Shown one piece after another: positions 54,460 through 64,000 of a DNA stretch of 64,000 bases; within the stretch, counting starts at the first letter, position 1, and every line of letters starts with the position of its first letter. Below the pieces are notes generated by a model. It had not been told where the DNA came from. It searched no databases and was given only the letters and a program-made list of their open reading frames with translations. The stretch lies in NCBI RefSeq assembly GCF_009914755.1, contig NC_060926.1, one strand, 5' to 3'. Both the position numbers and the translations under genes were made by a program. Source of the stretch: the human T2T-CHM13v2.0 reference genome, Homo sapiens.

Positions 54460-54969
54460 TGAAGGACATCAATATATTTAACTCCAAAGTATATTTTTTG
54501 ACATATTTTAAGATGGCTGCCACAGGGCCAGCAGACCAAAATGGTCCTGCAAAACTGTCTTTTGTGGGGGAAATTTGTATATGTAGAGAATCTTCATTAA
54601 TGTAGTCAGGCATTCCCTTTCTAGGTCTTTCTCACATCTAGGAGAAAGTAACTGAAAGTGACACCTTTCAAAGTCTGAAAAGACACATTTACCATCTATT
54701 CTCTCTGGGGGCTACTACCAGTGAGGCTTTGTCTACATAACAAGGCCACTTGTGCTAGCCAAGCCTCTCCCATAACCTGTCATGTCACTAAGACCTGTTC
54801 TTGGCCATGCTCTGAGCCCACATTCTTTCTGTACCCAATTGGAGGCTTGAGTCTTCATTCTGAAGGATCCCAGAATGAAATAAATGTGTATGCCTTTTCT
54901 CCTATGTATTTGCCTTTTGTGAGTTGATTTTTTTTTCAGCAAACCTTCAGAGGGCCCTTGGCCTCTACA
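54460..54969 (+). mobile_element. ERV1 solo LTR (MER34/LTR29-like)
   Basis: 'tgaaggacatc...aataaatgtgtatgccttttctcct...cagcaaaccttcagagggcccttggcctctaca'; TSD ctat / ttat. Confidence 0.75.
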
Positions 54970-55083
54970 TTATCATAAATAGACCCACCTGCAATTAGAT
55001 TTTCAAAAATGTGTGTGACTTTAAAAATTAGTGTCCTGGAGAAAACTGAACATCTGGTTTTCACTTTATTTTCTTTCTTCTTC

Positions 55084-55553
55084 TGTGAATCCCAAAAATC
55101 TAAGACAGGTCTCAGTTAATTTAGAAAGTTTATTTTGCCAAGACTGAGGACTCGTACCCATGACACGGCCTCAGGAGGTTCTGATGACATGTGCCCAAGG
55201 TAGTGAGAACACAGTTTTGTTTTATACATTTTAGGGAGACATGAGACATTGATCAACATATGTAAGATAAACATTGGTTCAGTCTGGAAAGGCAGGACAA
55301 CTCAAAGCAAAGGCAGGAAGACTTGAAGCAGGGAGGGGGCTTGCAGGTCATAGGTAGGTAAGAGACAAATGGTTGCATTCTTTTGAGTTTCTGATTAGCC
55401 TCTCCAAAGGAGGCAACCAGATATGCATTTATCTCAGTGAACAGAGGGGTGACTCAATAGAAGGGCAGGCAGGTTGGCCCTAAGCAGTTCCCCACTTGTC
55501 TTTTCCCTTTAGCTTTGTGATTTGCGGGCTCCAAGATTTATTTTCCTTTCACA
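55084..55553 (-). mobile_element. MER4A/MER4A1 ERV1 solo LTR, antisense
   Basis: Reverse complement starts 'tgtgaaaggaaaataaatcttgg'; contains 'cctcaggaggttctgatgacatgtgcccaagg'; TSD cttc / ctcc. Confidence 0.88.
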
Positions 55554-58237
55554 CTCCTTTCCTTTATTTCTTTTTTTCCTTCCTTCCTCTCTTCTTTCCT
55601 TTATTCCTTCTTTTTATTTTTGTTACTATTAAATATATCAACTTAAAATACTTGTAGCACAAAAACACATACAAAAAAAATTTCATGTAAGTGTTCTGTA
55701 TTGGGAATTAACAATATATGTTATTTCACGAAAAACACTGTCCTTTACTCTGAGATCATGTCCTCTCTTTTTTCTTAAGATTTTCTTTCATTTATAAAAT
55801 GATGGTGATACATGATCCATTTTTGTGTGTCATTTCTTTTTAAAGTAAAAAGGTTAATAACGATATGTTTATCCTCCTAACTTTCGGTTAATCAATTTAG
55901 TCATTTGAATCAAACCGTATGGGAGATATTTTTCTGTAAAGTAATGCAGTAGAAGGTGCAACCTGAACATTTCTCAAGTATCCTTCCTGTAGTGCTCTTT
56001 CATCACGTAAATATCCCAGGAGAATTAACAGGCTATCATTAACAGCTCAGTATAGAAAAGTTTTCCCATCAACTTCCAACTGGGACGACCTGGGGCAGTT
56101 AGAGATTACAGAATGTTTTAGAGAGCGAAAGGAGAGAAAGAGAAGGACCACCTCAGGAGGAGATGGAAGGGCACTCATAAGACACTTGACTTGCATTACA
56201 GTTTTGCCAAAGGCCACATTTAGACTCTGCTTAGCTACAATTTAACATTTTTAATCTTTTGTTCCTATATGCACATAAAACAAACGATATAATTATTCAA
56301 GCTCATTATCATCTACTCTTACGAGTACAGGCATGAAAGTTGAAGAATCCAACATAAGAAAATCAGTTAGGTCAAAAAAGTCAGAGCAGAGGTTCAGTCA
56401 AGAGTGTGGATTAAATCAGAAGTGGCCGGAATCTGGCAGGAGGAAGATTTACTTGGAGCAGTCTTCCTCTTCCTCATCCAAGCAAGGTAAGTGCATACCA
56501 TTAGCTATGGCTAGATACAAGTAGCTGATTTCGAGTATATTCATGGTGAGCAAAAGGCAGGCACTTACATTAGCACTAAAAGAAATACAGATCAGAAGTC
56601 AGAGTCAGGTAAATGAAACACAAAAGAAGTGCATGGGATACAAAGTTGGAATGCCACCTCCTATGTGAAATGCACAGAATAAAAGAGACTTTATGAAGAT
56701 CTAAAGAAGAAAACCAAGAAATGCACTCATGCCTAATAAAACGAATAGGAAATCTAGTTAACTGTAGCACATGGCCTGATTATTAAAACCATCTTAACAG
56801 TCAGAATAAGACAGGTCTCCAAGAATCCATATTTTTCCCATTGGGAGCTAAGTTATTTCTGCAAACCTAGAGTGGGGCAAGTGCTTCAAGTAAAGGTGGC
56901 TCAAGTCAAAGGGAAGAGAGGAAATTGTCACAGAAATAATCAAGTGGTTTCAAAATCAGAACCATGTGGCAGTACATTTGGGCACCTGGAACTGGGATCT
57001 AGAGAAGACAACTAGGAAAGCTTTGAAGGTCATTAATCAAAGATAAAATGTTACTCTGCATTACTCAAGTCACAAATTACATAGTTCCAATCCAAGAAAG
57101 GAATTAAACCCAAAATGTAGAAAAATCTGAGACTGGGGTAGGAAACAAGATGAAGCTTCTAAATGAAATGGAGAGCTATGATACAGTGCGAGGATTCCCT
57201 AATTACTCCCAGGTCCTAAGCTACATTAGGAGAAAGAAAATGTAACTAAAAGTAAGCAATACAATATTTTAGAGATATCCTGTTTCCTAATCGTATTAAC
57301 CAAATGGTCAAGCTAAGCCTAAGAGTATCTATACTTTTTCCATCGGGAGCCAAACTGTTTTTTGAAAAAACTATTCTATAACAAGATGTAAGTGAGAAAT
57401 AATACGGTTGGCTACAGTTATGTATATAGCTTTTTTCCCACATGTATTTTATATTTCCCATGATATTTTAAAGAAGTTATTCAAGTATTAAAATTTTCCT
57501 CTTAACACCTGAAAGATAATACACCCTTAAGCTGATTGAACTGAGCAGGCCCCAGAAGCTCTAAATGTGTCTATCAACCCCTTTAAGCAAATAATATCTG
57601 CTCTGAAGCCATATTTTAAACACACAAGTTTGGCTTTTTAGTGTATTGCCACATTATATGCTACACACAGCAAAGCATTAAAAAATTGCATTAAGAATTG
57701 CCTTTCCCTCCCCACCAGAAGAATGGAGGAGAAATAACATTTATTGAATATCTAACACATAATAGGGTGTTACGGCACTTCTACTTGTAATGTCTACATT
57801 TGTTTGTCATATCTCATTTATATCTCATTTAATTCTAGATGAATTTCTCATATATTTTCCATTAGGTACTTCTACATGTATTACCGCATTTATTTCTCAT
57901 AAGAGCCTGTAGGTCAAATGTTTTTATTCCAATTTATAGATGAGTAAATTGAGGGTCAGGTATATTAGATAACAAGTCATAAATCACACTTAATGAGGAC
58001 CAGGGAGGAAACACTTTAGCCTAGACTTGCTGAACCTAAAAAAAATCTGTTTTTCTAACATTTCACTGTTTTTTAGGAATCAACTCTCCAAAGCAGGCAT
58101 TTGCACACAATGGCCCGTATGAATATGAGGTAGTTTTTGGTATCACCGTAATAGTTGATATCAGTAAAGCCGTCAGAAAATTATATAATAGAAATGACCT
58201 TAATTTTTGGTGCCTTCTCAATTCCATTTCTTCCTTC

Positions 58238-59180
58238 TGTGATATTGTGACATAATAATAAATACATATTTGGCATTTATCCCCAGTTCCTGGCACAGGA
58301 TTATGTCTCCACTCTTAAAACCCTTGTAACTTCCGGAATGATAAGGATGACAGGAGCATTATAAGCCCCTTTCAACCATACCCGAGTTTATGCTAATGAG
58401 GTGACTACAGGCGATGGAAGCAGCTTGTCAGAGGAACCAACCATGTGATTTCAGGGTCAAAATTTTCAGCCCCACCTTCCCTCCTGGGGAGGAAGAGAGG
58501 AACTGGAGATTAAGTCTAATCATCAGCGCCCAGCGATTTAATCAAGCATGGCTATGTAACAAAGGCTTCATAAAAACTGTTTTTAAAAAAGGGGTACAGA
58601 GAGCTTCTGGGTTGATAAACACATGGAGGTGCTGGGAAGATGATGATGTGCCTGGAGGGCATGGACACTCCCTGCCCCTGCCCCTGCCCCTTACCTTGCC
58701 CTATGTACCTCTTCATATGGTTGTTTCTCCTTATCTCTTGTAATATCCTCTATACCAAACCAGTGAATAGAAGTAAGTGATTCCCTGAGTTTTTTGAGCC
58801 ACTATAGCAAATTATCAAATCCAAGGAGGCAGTCTTGGGACCCCCGATTAAACCTGGTAGATCCGAAGTTCCAGAGGCCAGACTGGAATCTAAACGGGGC
58901 AGTTTTGTGGGACTGAGCCTTAACCTGTGGAGTGTGCAGGTTAGGGCAGTTCTGGCAGTTAGGGCCAGAATTAAGTTGAATGGTAGCACATTCACTCACT
59001 ATTGACCCAGAGTTGAATTGTTTGGCGGGGGTTGGGGGGGTGGGGGAGGTGGGGGAGGGATGGGGTAGTGGTGGGGGGTGGTGGGGGGGTGGTGGGGGGG
59101 GTGGCTGGGGGGAGGGGGCAGGGAACCAACATATTTGGTGTCAGAAGTGTTGTCTGTGTCAGTTGTTTTTCTTTTACTTT
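58238..59180 (+). mobile_element. MER21-like LTR
   Basis: 'tgtgatattgtga...ccccagttcctggcacag', 'gagtttatgctaatgaggtgact', 'tgtgggactgagccttaacctgtgg', 'catatttggtgtcagaagtg'. Confidence 0.8.
59027..59123 (+). repeat. G-run tract (predicted multimeric G-quadruplex)
   Basis: About a dozen runs of 3-8 G with short loops within 97 bp. Confidence 0.9.
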
Positions 59181-59302
59181 CCTTCCCCAGTTCACAAATT
59201 TCCCCCTCCATGATGCATTTCCTGAATTTCCCTGCCTGTCTCCCCGACACTGCTCTCCACTATACTCACATCTGTGTATATATGATATATGTCTATAAGT
59301 CA

Positions 59303-59663
<361 letters not shown>

Positions 59664-59948
59664 CTATGCTTACATAAGACAGAGGTTTATTTAAATATCA
59701 TATTAAAGAAGGCCAGAGGTAGGGCTTCCAGGACTAGTATAGCAGCTTTACAACATGACCCATCTACCCAGGCTTATTCCACAGTTCTCTTACCATCCCT
59801 AGGATGTGGATCCCATCCTCACATATGCCACATGCTTTAACGTGCTAGCTGGAGCACAGATTAACATGGTCAGATTTCCAGTTAAATGTAAGCCTCATAT
59901 AAAGAAGTATTCCCAGAAATTCCTCCTGAAAACTTTTTCTTATACCTC

Positions 59949-60413
59949 TGTATTAGGTCCCTAAGTCTTCTGTAATAACATGTAAAAACCAGGTTTTTTA
60001 AAATAACAGAAGTCTATTTTCCCACAGTGATGGAGGCTAGAAGTTCAAAATCAAGGTGTCAGCAGAGCTATGCTCTCTCTGAGATCCTGGGTGGAATCCC
60101 TCCTTTCCTCCTTTGAGGGCCACCGTCAGCAGCTCAATGCTCGACGTTCCTTCCTTGCAGCTGCGTCACGAAGATCTCTGCCTCTGTCATTACATGGTGT
60201 TCTTCCTTTGTTTGTGTCCTCACATGGCACTTTCTGTGTCTCATCTCCTCTTCTTATAAAAACACCAGCCATTGGATTGAGCTCCCACACTCCAAAAGGA
60301 CCTTATTTTATTACAACTGCAAAGACCTTATTTCCAAACAAGGTCACATTCCAAAGTACTAGAGTTAAGGAATTCAGCATATCCTTTTGAGGAACACAAG
60401 TCAACTCATAAGA
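59949..60413 (-). mobile_element. MLT1B/C-like solo LTR, antisense
   Basis: 'tgtattagg...ggaggctagaagttcaaaatcaaggtgtcagcag...tatttccaaacaaggtcacattc'; perfect TSD acctc on both sides. Confidence 0.85.
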
Positions 60414-61609
60414 ACCTCATTAGGCAGGATTAGTTGCACGGCTGCAACAATCTGCAATCAAGAGGGGAAATGTCATCTTTAGCTAGATACATTGCCATCC
60501 CAAATTAACCCGGTGCTATTACTAAGGGAGAAGAGAATAGATATTGATTCCCTGTCTTAACAAATAGCATTTGTCATTGAGTAAGCACATAGAAACACCC
60601 AGCACAGTGCATAGCATATAATAGACCCTCACTAAATACCTTTTTAATGGACAAGTGAATGAGTGTTCTAGAGTTACGTTGATAAGAACAGAGCACAAGG
60701 TAATGGGATAAATTTATAAAGTACAATACCCTGTAAAGTCCCATCTCAAAATTGAAAATGCAGACTTTATCTAGAGAAGATATTCTTTATAAACCTTAGA
60801 AGCACTGTAACAACCTGGAATGAAGAGCCTGTCAAATTCTGACCCCATTTGCCCAGAAACTGAAAATATTATAAGCCATGATCAAGGAGTCAGAGGGCTT
60901 TCTGTCCATACACTACCAATAGGCATTAAACCTGAGCAGTGGTTGGGCTTGTCCAGATGAACACACAAGGACCAAAAGCAAAGGTTTCAAGCAGGAGACC
61001 CAGGAGACAAATGCAACTTGAGGAGGTCCTTGGTGTGCTCCAATTTTTTTTTGTATTTTTAATTTATTGCCTACTTTTAAACATGATGAGATTTCATATA
61101 GAAATACAAATTTCCAATTTAAACCCTGAGGATCTGGTAATATTTAACTTATATAAACACATAGCAATTATGGGTTTGAGTCTGAGCAGGGGATGTCCAC
61201 TTCAGATGGGGCAAGCATTTCCTATTTTTCCAATGGCCCCTTTTCACAAATTTATGCCTTTTTCTTGAACTCTGAAGGCATTTGACTAAAGTCATCTAGA
61301 ATATTCAATGTAGGTGATTTGCATATATGAAAATGTCATCAATTGTAAAGTATTAGTAGTCATTAGGAGATAAACCACTGTAGCTATGGTTATTTCATAT
61401 TATTAATTATATATATATATACATGTAAAATGTAAATAATACATTTGCTCAGGGTTCTTTCCCACCAGACTGTTGACAGTAGAAAAATATGCCTTTCTTA
61501 CCATCTCATATTTTGGTGCCATGAAATAGTAAGTTGACTAATGAACAAAGGGAAATGAATGTGTTAGATCTAAATAAACCACTCATAGATGTATCTATTG
61601 ACCAAGCCA

Positions 61610-63730
61610 TTGAAAAAATACTTATTGAACATACTTCCCAGGATTATTCATGATGCTGGATTTCAGTAATGAAAAAAAGAGACCCAAATCTCTGCCCTCA
61701 TAGATCTTGTTGTCTAGTGTTTGTATTTAGGGAAAGCAAGGAGACAAATAGGTAATAAACAAACAATTTATAACATAATAGATCAAATCATGATGACTGG
61801 TTTTAAGAAAAATAAAAAAGGGGAAGAGGGAAATCTGGGTCAAGATAATTTAAAATAAGGTAGTCAGGGAAAGTGTCACTAAGAAGACAACACTCGAAGA
61901 TATTGAGGAAATAAGCCATGCTAATTTCTTAAAAAAAGAACCTTCCAAACAGGGTAAAACAAGGACAAGAGGCTTGAGACTATGTAAGCATGACTGGTGT
62001 GTTCAAGGGATGGAAAAGAAGGCAGTGTGTCTGGATGAATGAGCTAGAAGGAGAGTAGTGGAAGGCGAGGCCAGGGATGTTGTGGGAGGGTGAATCATGT
62101 AGGCTCCTATATGCCATTTTAAGTACCCAGGCTCTATTCTGAGGGTGATGGAAGCCAAGAAGTATTTAGAACAGGGGTGTGATGTCACCTGATACTGTAT
62201 TTTGAAGGGATAATTTTAGCTGCTATGTTGAATTAGACTGTAGGAAGGAAAGAGGAGAAAACAAAACAATTACTTGAGAATATCCAGCCAAGAGAGAATA
62301 CTGACTTGGGCCAAAATAAAATGAATGGAAATGATGAAGAGTCTTTATATTTAGAATATATTTTAAAGTAGGATTTGGTCATAGATATGGTCAAGCGTTT
62401 TAGATTTGAGAATTTAGAGGGTAAATTAGTCATTCACCAAGAGGGAGAAGACTAAAACAATTCCACTTGGAGGGGGATGGGCAGATGTATATTATTCAGG
62501 GTTCTCCAGAGAAACAGAATCAACAGAATACAGATATAGGTATGAAGAGATTTATTATAAGGTATTTGCTCATGCAATTATGAAGGCCAGTAAGTTCCAC
62601 CATCTGGTGTCTGCAAGCTAGAAACCCAGGAAAGCCAATGGTGGTGTTGAAAGGCCTGAGAGCTAGAGACCCAATTATGGAGATTCCTGTCTGGGTCTGA
62701 AGGCCTGAGAACAAGAAGTGTTGAGGGGAGGAAAAGATTGATGTCTCAGCTCACAGAGTCAGGCAGAGGGCCAGTGCAACCTTTCTCTACATTTTTGTTC
62801 TATTTAATTGCTCAACAGATTGGATAAAGGCCACCCACATTGGGAAAGATCATCTGTTTTACTTTGCCTACCAATTCAGATGCTAATCTCTTCCAGAAAC
62901 ACCCCCCAAACACAAGCAAAAATAATATTTAACCAACTATCGAGTGGCTCATGGTCCAGTCAAGTTGACTATAAAACTAACCATCGAAGATGGTAAATCA
63001 AAAGTTTACTTTAGGACACAAAGTTTCAGATGCTTATCAGATAATCAAATGGGCTAAAGATAAATTTTGGGATTCTACTATTTAAATATGTTAATTAAAA
63101 CCATGAGGCTGGATGGTATTACTAAAGGAGTGTATGAGAAAGAAGAGTAGAGTTCTGAGGATTGACTATTCCAACACAGTATTCCAATATTTAGAGTTTG
63201 AGAGGTTAGGTAAGAAGTAAAGGGGAATTCAGTAAGTTAAGAGTGACACAAAGTGTGTGGTGATCTAGAAACAAAGTGTGAAAGATACATCAAGGAAGAA
63301 GGTTGACATTTGGGTCAAGTGCAGCTGATATGTCAAGAAAAATCAAGACTTGAAAACGATTATTCAGTTTAATAGAGAAAAGGGATTTGGTTCCTTGAAA
63401 AGAGAGTTTCGATAGAGTAGTGGGTGGAAGAAAACCCTGACTGAGGAGTGTTCCAGACAAAAGCTGGACATAATCAGAGGCAGCAGGTATAGACACCGAT
63501 TCAACTATTATTCTCTAAAAGGTGACAAAGAAGTGAAAAGTGACCAGAGGAGAATGAGGGGCATTTTGTTTTTCAGTTTGCTTGTTTAAAGATGGGAGAA
63601 ATCGCAAAGGTTTATAAATCAACTAGTACTATCTAGTAGAAAGGGGAAAACTTTTGAATCAGGAGAGCAGGAAGAAAATATTTAGATGGATGTCTTGAGC
63701 CAGGGAGGTGTGAGGCAAGTAGATCAATTA
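61610..63730 (-). mobile_element. Long L2 remnant, antisense, split by an MLT2 LTR
   Basis: 'tctctgccctcatagatctt', 'gggaaagtgtcactaagaagacaac', 'tatattttaaagtagga', 'gggtcaagtgcagctgatatgtcaag'. Confidence 0.75.
62486..62985 (-). mobile_element. MLT2 (ERVL) solo LTR, antisense
   Basis: 'attattcagggttctccagagaaacagaatcaacag...ccagtcaagttgactataaaactaaccatc'; TSD-like gcaga / gaaga. Confidence 0.88.
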
Positions 63731-64000
63731 CACAAATGGACATTTCATCCTTACCAGATGCACAGTCAGTTCAACCATGGAGGTATAAAGTATAATATAT
63801 GGGTGCAGATATAGGTATATAGATAGATGCAGTGATGAGAGCTTGTAGACACTGTCTGCTAATTTTCATTATTTTCTCAGCATAGTAGAGGGAGAGATAA
63901 TTGGTTAAGGGTGAGGATGGAAGAACTAGAAGTTTAGAAAAGAGAGAAGTATTAAACACTTGTATATGAGAGTGATAGTGAATGAACCAGGGCAATAGAA

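Noticed and set aside
56330-56495. Possible exon ending in a consensus donor AAG|GTAAGT (similar donors near 26036 and 42065)
   Set aside because: Such motifs are expected by chance in 64 kb, and I found no convincing acceptor or ORF chain. A lncRNA exon cannot be excluded without RNA data.

Overview
This is primate (human/ape-like) genomic DNA: AT-rich, apparently gene-poor, and dominated by interspersed repeats. I find no credible host protein-coding gene, rRNA, tRNA or CRISPR array; the long ORFs I can assign are transposon remnants and the rest look like chance ORFs. Main elements: (1) the 3' 3.4 kb of a disrupted L1PA4/5-like LINE; (2) a complete THE1A MaLR provirus (11242-13515); (3) an internally deleted HERV-S/HERVL18 provirus with two LTR18A-like LTRs, a Ser-tRNA PBS and a perfect ACTAC TSD (18844-21900); (4) a twin-primed, 5'-inverted L1 with a perfect 16-bp TSD (31036-31773); (5) a near full-length L1PB1 whose 5' end is joined to a ~290-bp mRNA-like leader (34081-39010); (6) a HERV-H lacking its 5' LTR but keeping a 3' LTR7 (45143-49877). 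There are also several Alus, ERV1/MaLR solo LTRs (some nested), MER5, L2 and MIR remnants. The best novelty candidate is the L1PB1 leader, possibly cellular exon(s) spliced or template-switched onto the L1. Subfamily names come from my recollection of consensus sequences and need RepeatMasker/Dfam confirmation.
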